Shown: piece after piece, positions 1-13,889 of the stretch
How positions within the stretch are numbered: the stretch's first letter is position 1
How the letters are laid out: each line of letters begins with the position of its first letter
NCBI GenBank assembly: GCA_964016885.1
Contig: OZ024742.1
Span: 342,612,001 to 342,676,000, forward strand
Direction: 5' to 3'
Source of the DNA: Eledone cirrhosa
Taxonomy: Eukaryota
Length of the DNA: 64,000 nucleotides
The notes under the pieces: generated by a model
The model's input: only the letters and a program-made list of their open reading frames with translations
The model's database searches: none
What the model was told of the DNA's origin: nothing
Program-made: the position numbers and the translations under genes

Positions 1-956
1 AGTATGTCAGCTCCAGTGGTATGAAGTATGTGATCTCCAGTGGTATGAAGTATGTGATCTACAGTGGTATGAAGTATGTGATCTACAGTGGTATGAAGTA
101 TGTGATCTACAGTGGTATGAAGTATGTGATCTACAGTGGTATGAAGTATGTGATATCCTGTGGTATGAAGTATGTGATATCCTGTGGTATGAAGTGTGTG
201 ATCTCCAGTGGTATGAAGTATGTGATCTCCAGTGGTATGAAGTATGTGATCTCCAGTGGTATGAAGTATGTGATATCCTGTGGTATGAAGTATGTGATCT
301 CCAGTGGTATGAAGTATGTGATCTCCAGTGGTATGAAGTATATGATCTCCAGTGGTATGAAGTATGTGATCTACAGTGGTATGAAGTATGTGATCTCCAG
401 TAGTATGAAGTATGTCAGCTCCAGTGGTATGAAGTATGTGATCTCCAGTGGTATGAAGTATGTGATCTCCAGTGGTATGAAGTATGTGATCTCCAGTGTT
501 ATGAAGTATGTGATCTCCAGTGGTATGAAGTATGTCAACTCCAGTGGTATGAAGTATGTCAGCTCCAGTGGTATGAAGTATGTGATCTCCAGTGGTATGA
601 AGTATGTGATCTCCAGTGGTATGAAGTATGTCAGCTCCAGTGGTATGAAGTATGTGATATCCTGTGGTATGAAGTATGTGATCTACAGTGGTATGAAGTA
701 TGTGATCTCCAGTGGTATGAAGTATATGATCTCCAGTGGTATGAAGTATGTGATCTCCAGTGGTATGAAGTATGTGATCTCCAGTGGTATGAAATATGTG
801 ATCTACAGTGGTATGAAGTATGTGATCTCCAGTGCTATGAAGTATGTGATCTCCAGTGGTATGAAATATGTGATCTCCAGTTGTATGAAGTATGTGATCT
901 CCAGTGGTATGAATTATGTCATATCCTGTGGTATGAAGTATGTGATCTCCAGTGGT

Positions 957-1490
957 ATGGAGTATGTCAGCTTCAGTGGTATGAAGTATGTGATCTCCAG
1001 TGGTATGAAGTATGTGATCTCCAGTGGTATGAAATATGTGATCTACAGTGGTATGAAGTATGTTAGCTCCAGTGGTATGAAGTATGTGATCTACAGTGGT
1101 ATGAAGTATGTGATCTCCTGTGGTATGAAGTATGTGATCTACAGTGGTATGAAGTATGTGATCTCCAGTGGTATGAAGTATGTGAGCTACAGTGGTATGA
1201 AGTATGTGATCTACAGTGGTATGGAGTATGTCAGCTCCAGTGGTATGAAGTATGTGATCTCCAGTGGTATGAAGTATGTGATCTCCAGTGGTATGAAATA
1301 TGTGATCTACAGTGGTATGAAGTATGTTAGCTCCAGTGGTATGAAGTATGTGATCTACAGTGGTATGAAGTATGTGATCTCCTGTGGTATGAAGTATGTG
1401 ATCTACAGTGGTATGAAGTATGTGATCTCCAGTGGTATGAAGTATGTGAGCTACAGTGGTATGAAGTATGTGATCTACAGTGGTATGAAG
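957..1490. repeat. 11-monomer (264-bp) local tandem duplication
   Basis: ATG-GAG variant at 957 and 1221; GTG-AGC-TAC variant at 1182 and 1446 (both offsets 264). The same doublet recurs near 14.2-14.7, 17.8-18.3, 23.5-24.0, 27.2-27.7 and 43.3-43.8 kb. Confidence 0.85.
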
Positions 1491-1649
1491 TATGTGATCT
1501 CCAGTGGTATGAAGTATGTTAGCTCCAGTCGTTTGAAGTGTGTGATCTACATTGGTATGAAGTATGTGATCTACAGTGGTATGAAGTATGTGATCTACAG
1601 TGGTATGAAGTATGTGATATCCTGTGGTATGAAGTATGTGATCTCCAGT

Positions 1650-1940
1650 GGTATGAAGTATATGATCTACAGTGGTATGAAGTATGTGATCTACAGTGGT
1701 ATGAAGTATGTGATTTACAGTGGTATGAAGTATGTGATCTACAGTGGTATGAAGTATGTGATCTCCTGTGGTATGAAGTATGTGATCTACAGTGGTATGA
1801 AGTATATGATCTACAGTGGTATGAAGTATGTGATCTACAGTGGTATGAAGTATGTGATTTACAGTGGTATGAAGTATGTGATCTACAGTGGTATGAAGTA
1901 TGTGATCTCCTGTGGTATGAAGTATGTGATCTACAGTGGT
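1650..1940. repeat. 6-monomer (144-bp) local tandem duplication
   Basis: TAT-ATG-ATC-TAC variant at 1659 and 1803; ATT-TAC variant at 1713 and 1857. The doublet is carried along in the larger duplications (e.g. 14.9-15.1, 18.5-18.8, 24.2-24.5 kb). Confidence 0.8.
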
Positions 1941-4900
1941 ATGAAGTATGTGATCTCCAGTGGTATGAAGTATGTGATCTACAGTGGTATGAAGTATGTG
2001 ATCTCCAGTGGTATGAAATATGTGATCTCCAGTGGTATGAAGTATGTGATCTCCAGTGGTATGAAGTATGTGACCTCCAGTGGTATGAAGTATGTGATCT
2101 ACAGTGGTATGAAGTATGTGATCTCCAGTGGTATGAAGTATGTGATCTCCAGTGGTATGAAATATGTGATCTCCAGTGGTATGAAGTATGTGATCTACAG
2201 TGGTATGAAGTATGTCAGCTCCAGTGGTATGAAGTATGTGATCTCCAGTGGTATGAAGTATGTGATCTACAGTGGTATGAAGTATGTGATCTACAGTGGT
2301 ATGAAGTATGTGATCTACAGTGGTATGAAGTATGTGATCTACAGTGGTATGAAGTATGTCATCTACAGTGGTATGAAGTATGTGATCTACAGTGGTATGA
2401 AGTATGTCAGCTCCAGTGGTATGAAGTATGTGATCTACAGTGGTATGAAGTATGTAATCTACAGTGGTATGAAGTATGTGATCTCCAGTGGTATGAAGTA
2501 TGTGATCTCCTGTGGTATGAAATATGTGATCTACAGTGGTATGAAGTATGTGATCTCCAGTGGTATGAAGTATGTGATCTCCAGTGGTATGAAATATGTG
2601 ATCTCCAGTGGTATGAAGTATGTGATCTCCAGTGGTATGAAGTATGTGACCTCCAGTGGTATGAAATATGTGATCTACAGTGGTATGAAGTATGTGATCT
2701 CCAGTGGTATGAAGTATGTGATCTCCAGTGGTATGAAATATGTGATCTCCAGTGGTATGAAGTATGTGATCTCCAGTGGTATGAAGTATGTCATATCCTG
2801 TGGTATGAAGTATGTGATCTCCAGTGGTATGAAGTATGTCAGCTCCAGTGGTATGAAGTATGTGATCTCCAGTGGTATGAAGTATGTCAGCTCCAGTGGT
2901 ATGAAGTATGTGATCTCCTGTGGTATGAAGTATGTGATCTACAGTGGTATGAATTATGTGATCTCCAGTGGTATGAAGTATGTGATCTCCAGTGGTATGA
3001 AGTATGTCAGCTCTAGTGGTATGAAGTATGTGATCTCCAGTTGTATGAAGTATGTGATCTACAGTGGTATGAAGTATGTGATCTCCTGTGGTATGAAGTA
3101 TGTGATCTACAGTGGTATGAAGTATGTTAGCTTCTGTGGTATAAAGTATGTGATCTCCAGTGGTATGAAGTATGTGATCTCCAGTGGTATGAAGTATGTG
3201 ATCTACAGTGGTATGAAGTATGTGATCTCCTGTGGTATGAAGTATGTGATCTACAGTGGTATGAAGTATGTGATCTCCAGTGGTATGAAGTATGTGATCT
3301 ACAGTGGTATGAAGTATGTGATCTACAGTGGTATGAAGTATGTGATATCCTGTGGTATGAAGTATGTGATCTACAGTGGTATGAAGTATGTGATCTACAG
3401 TGGTATGAAGTATGTGATCTACAGTGGTATGAAGTATGTGATCTCCAGTGGTATGAAGTATGTAATCTACAGTGGTATGAAGTATGTGATCCCCAGTGGT
3501 ATGAAGTATGTGATCTCCTGTGGTATGAAGTATGTGATCTACAGTGGTATGAAGTATGTGATCTCCAGTGGTATGAAATATGTGATCTACAGTGGTATGA
3601 AGTATGTGATCTACAGTGGTATGAAGTATGTGATCTCCAGTGGTATGAAATATGTGATCTACAGTGGTATGAAGTATGTGATCTCCAGTGGTATGAAGTA
3701 TGTGATCTCCAGTGGTATGAAGTATGTGATCTCCAGTGGTATGAAGTATGTCAGCTCCAGTGGTATGAAGTATGTGATCTCCAGTGGTATGAAATATGTG
3801 ATCTACAGTGGTATGAAGTATGTTAGCTCCAGTGGTATGAAGTATGTGATCTCCAGTGGTATGAAGTATGTGATCTACAGTGGTATGAAGTATGTGATCT
3901 ACAGTGGTATGAAGTATGTGATCTACAGTGGTATGAAGTATGTGATCTACAGTGGTATGAAGTATGTCATCTACAGTGGTATGAAGTATGTGATCTACAG
4001 TGGTATGAAGTATGTCAGCTCCAGTGGTATGAAGTATGTGATCTACAGTGGTATGAAGTATGTAATCTACAGTGGTATGAAGTATGTGATCTCCAGTGGT
4101 ATGAAGTATGTGATCTCCTGTGGTATGAAATATGTGATCTACAGTGGTATGAAGTATGTGATCTCCAGTGGTATGAAGTATGTGATCTCCAGTGGTATGA
4201 AATATGTGATCTCCAGTGGTATGAAGTATGTGATCTCCAGTGGTATGAAGTATGTGACCTCCAGTGGTATGAAATATGTGATCTACAGTGGTATGAAGTA
4301 TGTGATCTCCAGTGGTATGAAGTATGTGATCTCCAGTGGTATGAAATATGTGATCTCCAGTGGTATGAAGTATGTGATCTCCAGTGGTATGAAGTATGTC
4401 ATATCCTGTGGTATGAAGTATGTGATCTCCAGTGGTATGAAGTATGTCAGCTCCAGTGGTATGAAGTATGTGATCTCCAGTGGTATGAAGTATGTGATCT
4501 CCAGTGGTAGGAAATATGTGATCTACAGTGGTATGAAGTATGTTAGCTCCAGTGGTATGAGGTATGTGATCTACAGTGGTATGAAGTATGTGATCTCCTG
4601 TGGTATGAAGTATGTGATCTACAGTGGTATGAAGTATGTGATCTCCAGTGGTATGAAGTATGTGATCTACAGTGGTATGAAGTATGTGATCTACAGTGGT
4701 ATGAAGTATGGGATCTCCAGTGGTATGAAGTATGTTAGCTCCAGTGGTATGAAGTGTGTGATCTCCAGTGGTATGAAGTATGTGATCTACAGTGGTATGA
4801 AGTATGTGATCTACAGTGGTATGAAGTATGTGATTTACAGTGGTATGAAGTATGTGATCTCCTGTGGTATGAAGTATGTGATCTACAGTGGTATGAAGTA

Positions 4901-7900
4901 TGTGATCTCCAGTGGTATGAAGTATGTGATCTACAGTGGTATGAAGTATGTGATCTCCAGTGGTATGAAATATGTGATCTCCAGTGGTATGAAGTATGTG
5001 ATCTCCAGTGGTATGAAGTATGTGACCTCCAGTGGTATGAAATATGTGATCTACAGTGGTATGAAGTATGTGATCTCCAGTGGTATGAAGTATGTGATCT
5101 CCAGTGGTATGAAATATGTGATCTCCAGTGGTATGAAGTATGTGATCTACAGTGGTATGAAGTATGTCAGCTCCAGTGGTATGAAGTATGTGATCTCCAG
5201 TGGTATGAAGTATGTGATCTACAGTGGTATGAAGTATGTGATCTACAGTGGTATGAAGTATGTGATCTACAGTGGTATGAAGTATGTGATCTACAGTGGT
5301 ATGAAGTATGTCATCTACAGTGGTATGAAGTATGTGATCTACAGTGGTATGAAGTATGTCAGCTCCAGTGGTATGAAGTATGTGATCTACAGTGGTATGA
5401 AGTATGTAATCTACAGTGGTATGAAGTATGTGATCTCCAGTGGTATGAAGTATGTGATCTCCTGTGGTATGAAATATGTGATCTACAGTGGTATGAAGTA
5501 TGTGATCTCCAGTGGTATGAAGTATGTGATCTCCAGTGGTATGAAATATGTGATCTCCAGTGGTATGAAGTATGTGATCTCCAGTGGTATGAAGTATGTG
5601 GCCTCCAGTGGTATGAAATATGTGATCTACAGTGGTATGAAGTATGTGATCTCCAGTGGTATGAAGTATGTGATCTCCAGTGGTATGAAATATGTGATCT
5701 CCAGTGGTATGAAGTATGTGATCTCCAGTGGTATGAAGTATGTCATATCCTGTGGTATGAAGTATGTGATCTCCAGTGGTATGAAGTATGTCAGCTCCAG
5801 TGGTATGAAGTATGTGATCTCCAGTGGTATGAAGTATGTCAGCTCCAGTGGTATGAAGTATGTGATCTCCTGTGGTATGAAGTATGTGATCTACAGTGGT
5901 ATGAATTATGTGATCTCCAGTGGTATGAAGTATGTGATCTCCAGTGGTATGAAGTATGTCAGCTCTAGTGGTATGAAGTATGTGATCTCCAGTTGTATGA
6001 AGTATGTGATCTACAGTGGTATGAAGTATGTGATCTCCTGTGGTATGAAGTATGTGATCTACAGTGGTATGAAGTATGTTAGCTTCTGTGGTATAAAGTA
6101 TGTGATCTCCAGTGGTATGAAGTATGTGATCTCCAGTGGTATGAAGTATGTGATCTACAGTGGTATGAAGTATGTGATCTCCTGTGGTATGAAGTATGTG
6201 ATCTACAGTGGTATGAAGTATGTGATCTCCAGTGGTATGAAGTATGTGATCTACAGTGGTATGAAGTATGTGATCTACAGTGGTATGAAGTATGTGATAT
6301 CCTGTGGTATGAAGTATGTGATCTACAGTGGTATGAAGTATGTGATCTACAGTGGTATGAAGTATGTGATCTACAGTGGTATGAAGTATGTGATCTCCAG
6401 TGGTATGAAGTATGTAATCTACAGTGGTATGAAGTATGTGATCCCCAGTGGTATGAAGTATGTGATCTCCTGTGGTATGAAGTATGTGATCTACAGTGGT
6501 ATGAAGTATGTGATCTCCAGTGGTATGAAATATGTGATCTACAGTGGTATGAAGTATGTGATCTACAGTGGTATGAAGTATGTGATCTCCAGTGGTATGA
6601 AATATGTGATCTACAGTGGTATGAAGTATGTGATCTCCAGTGGTATGAAGTATGTGATCTCCAGTGGTATGAAGTATGTGATCTCCAGTGGTATGAAGTA
6701 TGTCAGCTCCAGTGGTATGAAGTATGTGATCTCCAGTGGTATGAAATATGTGATCTACAGTGGTATGAAGTATGTTAGCTCCAGTGGTATGAAGTATGTG
6801 ATCTACAGTGGTATGAAGTATGTCAGCTCCAGTGGTATGAAGTATGTGATCTCCAGTGGTATGAAGTATGTGATCTACAGTGGTATGAAGTATGTGATCT
6901 ACAGTGGTATGAAGTATGTGATCTACAGTGGTATGAAGTATGTCATCTACAGTGGTATGAAGTATGTGATCTACAGTGGTATGAAGTATGTCAGCTCCAG
7001 TGGTATGAAGTATGTGATCTACAGTGGTATGAAGTATGTAATCTACAGTGGTATGAAGTATGTGATCTCCAGTGGTATGAAGTATGTGATCTCCTGTGGT
7101 ATGAAATATGTGATCTACAGTGGTATGAAGTATGTGATCTCCAGTGGTATGAAGTATGTGATCTCCAGTGGTATGAAATATGTGATCTCCAGTGGTATGA
7201 AGTATGTGATCTCCAGTGGTATGAAGTATGTGACCTCCAGTGGTATGAAATATGTGATCTACAGTGGTATGAAGTATGTGATCTCCAGTGGTATGAAGTA
7301 TGTGATCTCCAGTGGTATGAAATATGTGATCTCCAGTGGTATGAAGTATGTGATCTCCAGTGGTATGAAGTATGTCATATCCTGTGGTATGAAGTATGTG
7401 ATCTCCAGTGGTATGAAGTATGTCAGCTCCAGTGGTATGAAGTATGTGATCTCCAGTGGTATGAAGTATGTGATCTCCAGTGGTAGGAAATATGTGATCT
7501 ACAGTGGTATGAAGTATGTTAGCTCCAGTGGTATGAGGTATGTGATCTACAGTGGTATGAAGTATGTGATCTCCTGTGGTATGAAGTATGTGATCTACAG
7601 TGGTATGAAGTATGTGATCTCCAGTGGTATGAAGTATGTGATCTACAGTGGTATGAAGTATGTGATCTACAGTGGTATGAAGTATGGGATCTCCAGTGGT
7701 ATGAAGTATGTTAGCTCCAGTGGTATGAAGTGTGTGATCTCCAGTGGTATGAAGTATGTGATCTACAGTGGTATGAAGTATGTGATCTACAGTGGTATGA
7801 AGTATGTGATTTACAGTGGTATGAAGTATGTGATCTCCTGTGGTATGAAGTATGTGATCTACAGTGGTATGAAGTATGTGATCTCCAGTGGTATGAAGTA

Positions 7901-7920
7901 TGTGATCTACAGTGGTATGA
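1845..7920. repeat. Two-copy higher-order repeat, ~2,976 bp (124 monomers)
   Basis: ATT-TAC marker at 1857, 4833 and 7809; AGG-AAA marker at 4509 and 7485; frame-2 ORF starts at 4754 and 7730. Small monomer gains and losses occur inside. Confidence 0.85.
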
Positions 7921-8009
7921 AGTATGTGATATCCTGTGGTATGAAGTATGTGATATCCAGTGGTATGAAGTATGTCAGCTCCAGTGTTATGAAGTATGTG
8001 ATCTCCTGT

Positions 8010-10660
8010 GGTATGAAGTATGTGATCTACAGTGGTATGAAGTATGTGATCTACAGTGGTATGAAGTATGTGATATCCTGTGGTATGAAGTATGTGATAT
8101 CCTGTGGTATGAAGTATGTGATCTCCAGTGGTATGAAGTATGTCAGCTCCAGTGGTATGAAGTATGTGATCTCCAGTTGTATGAAGTATGTGATCTACAG
8201 TGGTATGAAGTATATGATCTCCTGTGGTATGAAGTATGTGATCTACAGTGGTATGAAGTATGTTAGCTCCTGTGGTATGAAGTATGTGATCTCCAGTGGT
8301 ATGAAGTATGTGATCTCCAGTGGTATGAAGTATGTGATCTACAGTGGTATGAAGTCTGTGATCTCCTGTGGTATGAAGTATGCGATCTACAGTGCTATGA
8401 AATATGTGATATCCTGTGGTATGAAGTATGTGATATCCTGTGGTATGAAGTATGTGATCTCCAGTGGTATGAAGTATGTGATATCCTGTGGTATTAAGTA
8501 TGTGATCTCCAGTGGTATGAAGTATGTGATCTCCAGTGGTATGAAGTATATGATCTCCAGTGGTATAAAGTATGTGATCTACAGTGGTATGAAGTATGTG
8601 ATCTCCAGTAGTATGAAGTATGTCAGCTCCAGTGGTATGAAGTATGTGATCTCCAGTGGTATGAAGTATGTGATCTCCAGTGGTATGAAGTATGTGATCT
8701 CCAGTGGCATGAAGTATGTGATCTCCAGTGGTATGAAGTATGTCAACTCCAGTGGTATGAAGTATGTCAGCTCCAGTGGTATGAAGTATGTGATCTCCAG
8801 TGGTATGAAGTATGTGATCTCCAGTCGTATGAAGTATGTCAACTCCAGTGGTATGAAGTATGTGATCTCCAGTGGTATGAAGTATGTGATCTCCAGTGGT
8901 ATGAAGTATGTGATCTCCAGTGGTATGAAGTATGTCACCTCCAGTGGTATGAAGTATGTGATATCCTGTGGTATGAAGTCTGTGATCTACAGTGGTATGA
9001 AGTATGTGATCTCCAGTGGTATGAAGTATGTGATCTCCTGTGGTATGAAGTATGTGATCTACAGTGGTATGAAGTATGTGATCTCCAGTGGTATGAAGTA
9101 TGTGATCTACAGTGGTATGAAGTATGTGATATCCTGTGGTATGAAGTATGTGATCTCCAGTGGTATGAAGTATGTCAGCTCCAGTGGTATGAAGTATGTG
9201 ATCTCCTGTGGTATGAAGTATGTGATCTACAGTGGTATGAATTATGTGATCTCCAGTGGTATGAAGTATGTGATCTCCAGTGGTATGAAGTATGTCAGCT
9301 CTAGTGGTATGAAGTATGTGATCTCCAGTTGTATGAAGTATGTGATCTACAGTGGTATGAAGTATGTGATCTACAGTGGTATGAAGTATGTGATATCCTG
9401 TGGTATGAAGTATGTGATATCCTGTGGTATGAAGTATGTGATCTCCAGTGGTATGAAGTATGTCAGCTCCAGTGGTATGAAGTATGTGATCTCCAGTTGT
9501 ATGAAGTATGTGATCTACAGTGGTATGAAGTATATGATCTCCTGTGGTATGAAGTATGTGATCTACAGTGGTATGAAGTATGTTAGCTCCTGTGGTATGA
9601 AGTATGTGATCTCCAGTGGTATGAAGTATGTGATCTCCAGTGGTATGAAGTATGTGATCTACAGTGGTATGAAGTCTGTGATCTCCTGTGGTATGAAGTA
9701 TGCGATCTACAGTGCTATGAAATATGTGATATCCTGTGGTATGAAGTATGTGATATCCTGTGGTATGAAGTATGTGATCTCCAGTGGTATGAAGTATGTG
9801 ATATCCTGTGGTATTAAGTATGTGATCTCCAGTGGTATGAAGTATGTGATCTCCAGTGGTATGAAGTATATGATCTCCAGTGGTATAAAGTATGTGATCT
9901 ACAGTGGTATGAAGTATGTGATCTCCAGTAGTATGAAGTATGTCAGCTCCAGTGGTATGAAGTATGTGATCTCCAGTGGTATGAAGTATGTGATCTCCAG
10001 TGGTATGAAGTATGTGATCTCCAGTGGCATGAAGTATGTGATCTCCAGTGGTATGAAGTATGTCAACTCCAGTGGTATGAAGTATGTCAGCTCCAGTTGT
10101 ATGAAGTATGTGATCTCCAGTGGTATGAAGTATGTGATCTCCAGTCGTATGAAGTATGTCAACTCCAGTGGTATGAAGTATGTGATCTCCAGTGGTATGA
10201 AGTATGTGATCTCCAGTGGTATGAAGTATGTGATCTCCAGTGGTATGAAGTATGTCAGCTCCAGTGGTATGAAGTATGTGATATCCTGTGGTATGAAGTC
10301 TGTGATCTACAGTGGTATGAAGTATGTGATCTCCAGTGGTATGAAGTATGTGATCTCCTGTGGTATGAAGTATGTGATCTACAGTGGTATGAAGTATGTG
10401 ATCTCCAGTGGTATGAAGTATGTGATCTACAGTGGTATGAAGTATGTGATATCCTGTGGTATGAAGTATGTGATCTCCAGTGGTATGAAGTATGTCAGCT
10501 CCAGTGGTATGAAGTATGTGATCTCCTGTGGTATGAAGTATGTGATCTACAGTGGTATGAATTATGTGATCTCCAGTGGTATGAAGTATGTGATCTCCAG
10601 TGGTATGAAGTATGTCAGCTCTAGTGGTATGAAGTATGTGATCTCCAGTTGTATGAAGTA
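8010..10660. repeat. Two-copy higher-order repeat, 1,320 bp (55 monomers)
   Basis: Rare markers GCG (8382, 9702), ATT-AAG (8493, 9813), GGC (8706, 10026) and CGT (8826, 10146) all recur at offset 1,320; minus-strand ORFs end at 8579 and 9899. Confidence 0.88.
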
Positions 10661-13600
10661 TGTGATCTACAGTGGTATGAAGTATGTGATCTCCTGTGGT
10701 ATGAAGTATGTGATCTACAGTGGTATGAAGTATGTTAGCTTCTGTGGTATAAAGTATGTGATCTCCAGTGGTATGAAGTATGTGATCTCCAGTGGTATGA
10801 AGTATGTGATCTACAGTGGTATGAAGTATGTGATCTCCTGTGGTATGAAGTATGTGATCTACAGTGGTATGAAGTATGTGATCTCCAGTGGTATGAAGTA
10901 TGTGATCTACAGTGGTATGAAGTATGTGATCTACTGTGGTATGAAGTATGTGATATCCTGTGGTATGAAGTATGTGATCTACAGTGGTATGAAGTATGTG
11001 ATCTACAGTGGTATGAAGTATGTGATCTACAGTGGTATGAAGTATGTGATCTCCAGTGGTATGAAGTGTGTAATCTACAGTGGTATGAAGTATGTGATCT
11101 CCAGTGGTATGAAGTATGTGATCTCCTGTGGTATGAAATATGTCAGCTCCAGTGGTATGAAGTATGTGATCTCCAGTGGTATGAAGTATGTGATCTCCAG
11201 TGGTATGAAATATGTGATCTACAGTGGTATGAAGTATGTGATCTCCAGTGGTATGAAGTATGTGATCTCCAGTGGTATGAAGTATGTGATCTCCAGTGGT
11301 ATGAAGTATGTCAGCTCCAGTGGTATGAAGTATGTGATCTCCAGTGGTATGAAATATGTGATCTACAGTGGTATGAAGTATGTTAGCTCCAGTGGTATGA
11401 AGTATGTGATCTACAGTGGTATGAAGTATGTCAGCTCCAGTGGTATGAAGTATGTGATCTCCAGTGGTATGAAGTATGTGATCTACAGTGGTATGAAGTA
11501 TGTGATCTACAGTGGTATGAAGTATGTGATCTACAGTGGTATGAAGTATGTGATCTACAGTGGTATGAAGTATGTCATCTACAGTGGTATGAAGTATGTG
11601 ATCTACAGTGGTATGAAGTATGTCAGCTCCAGTGGTATGAAGTATGTGATCTACAGTGGTATGAAGTATGTAATCTACAGTGGTATGAAGTATGTGATCT
11701 CCGGTGGTATGAAGTATGTGATCTCCTGTGGTATGAAATATGTGATCTACAGTGGTATGAAGTATGTGATCTCCAGTGGTATGAAGTATGTGATCTCCAG
11801 TGGTATGAAATATGTGATCTCCAGTGGTATGAAGTATGTGATCTCCAGTGGTATGAAGTATGTGACCTCCAGTGGTATGAAATATGTGATCTACAGTGGT
11901 ATGAAGTATGTGATCTCCAGTGGTATGAAGTATGTGATCTCCAGTGGTATGAAATATGTGATCTCCAGTGGTATGAAGTATGTGATCTCCAGTGGTATGA
12001 AGTATGTCATATCCTGTGGTATGAAGTATGTGATCTCCAGTGGTATGAAGTATGTCAGCTCCAGTGGTATGAAGTATGTGATCTCCAGTGGTATGAAGTA
12101 TGTGATCTCCAGTGGTAGGAAATATGTGATCTACAGTGGTATGAAGTATGTTAGCTCCAGTGGTATGAGGTATGTGATCTACAGTGGTATGAAGTATGTG
12201 ATCTCCTGTGGTATGAAGTATGTGATCTACAGTGGTATGAAGTATGTGATCTCCAGTGGTATGAAGTATGTGATCTACAGTGGTATGAAGTATGTGATCT
12301 ACAGTGGTATGAAGTATGGGATCTCCAGTGGTATGAAGTATGTTAGCTCCAGTGGTATGAAGTGTGTGATCTCCAGTGGTATGAAGTATGTGATCTACAG
12401 TGGTATGAAGTATGTGATCTACAGTGGTATGAAGTATGTGATTTACAGTGGTATGAAGTATGTGATCTCCTGTGGTATGAAGTATGTGATCTACAGTGGT
12501 ATGAAGTATGTGATCTCCAGTGGTATGAAGTATGTGATCTACAGTGGTATGAAGTATGTGATATCCTGTGGTATGAAGTATGTGATATCCAGTGGTATGA
12601 AGTATGTCAGCTCCAGTGGTATGAAGTATGTGATCTCCTGTGGTATGAAGTATGTGATCTACAGTGGTATGAAGTATGTGATCTACAGTGGTATGAAGTA
12701 TGTGATCTACAGTGGTATGAAGTATGTGATATCCTGTGGTATGAAGTATGTGATATCCTGTGGTATGAAGTATGTGATCTCCAGTGGTATGAAGTATGTC
12801 AGCTCCAGTGGTATGAAGTATGTGATCTCCAGTTGTATGAAGTATGTGATCTACAGTGGTATGAAGTATATGATCTCCTGTGGTATGAAGTTTGTGATCT
12901 ACAGTGGTATGAAGTATGTTAGCTCCTGTGGTATGAAGTATGTGATCTCCAGTAGTATGAAGTATGTGATCTCCAGTGGTATGAAGTATGTGATCTACAG
13001 TGGTATGAAGTCTGTGATCTCCTGTGGTATGAAGTATGTGATCTACAGTGCTATGAAGTATGTGATATCCTGTGGTATGAAGTATGTGATATCCTGTGGT
13101 ATGAAGTATGTGATCTCCAGTGGTATGAAGTATGTGATATCCTGTGGTATTAAGTATGTGATCTCCAGTGGTATGAAGTATGTGATCTCCAGTGGTATGA
13201 AGTATATGATCTCCAGTGGTATAAAGTATGTGATCTACAGTGGTATGAAGTATGTGATCTCCAGTAGTATGAAGTATGTCAGCTCCAGTGGTATGAAGTA
13301 TGTGATCTCCAGTGGTATGAAGTATGTGATCTACAGTGGTATGAAGTATGTGATCTACAGTGGTATGAAGTATGTGATATCCTGTGGTATGAAGTATGTG
13401 ATATCCTGTGGTATGAAGTGTGTGATCTCCAGTGGTATGAAGTATGTGATCTCCAGTGGTATGAAGTATGTGATCTCCAGTGGTATGAAGTATGTGATAT
13501 CCTGTGGTATGAAGTATGTGATCTCCAGTGGTATGAAGTATGTGATCTCCAGTGGTATGAAGTATATGATCTCCAGTGGTATGAAGTATGTGATCTACAG

Positions 13601-13889
13601 TGGTATGAAGTATGTGATCTCCAGTAGTATGAAGTATGTCAGCTCCAGTGGTATGAAGTATGTGATCTCCAGTGGTATGAAGTATGTGATCTCCAGTGGT
13701 ATGAAGTATGTGATCTCCAGTGGTATGAAGTATGTGATCTCCAGTGGTATGAAGTATGTCAACTCCAGTGGTATGAAGTATGTCAGCTCCAGTGGTATGA
13801 AGTATGTGATCTCCAGTGGTAAGAAGTATGTGATCTCCAGTGGTATGAAGTATGTCAGCTCCAGTGGTATGAAGTATGTGATATCCTGT

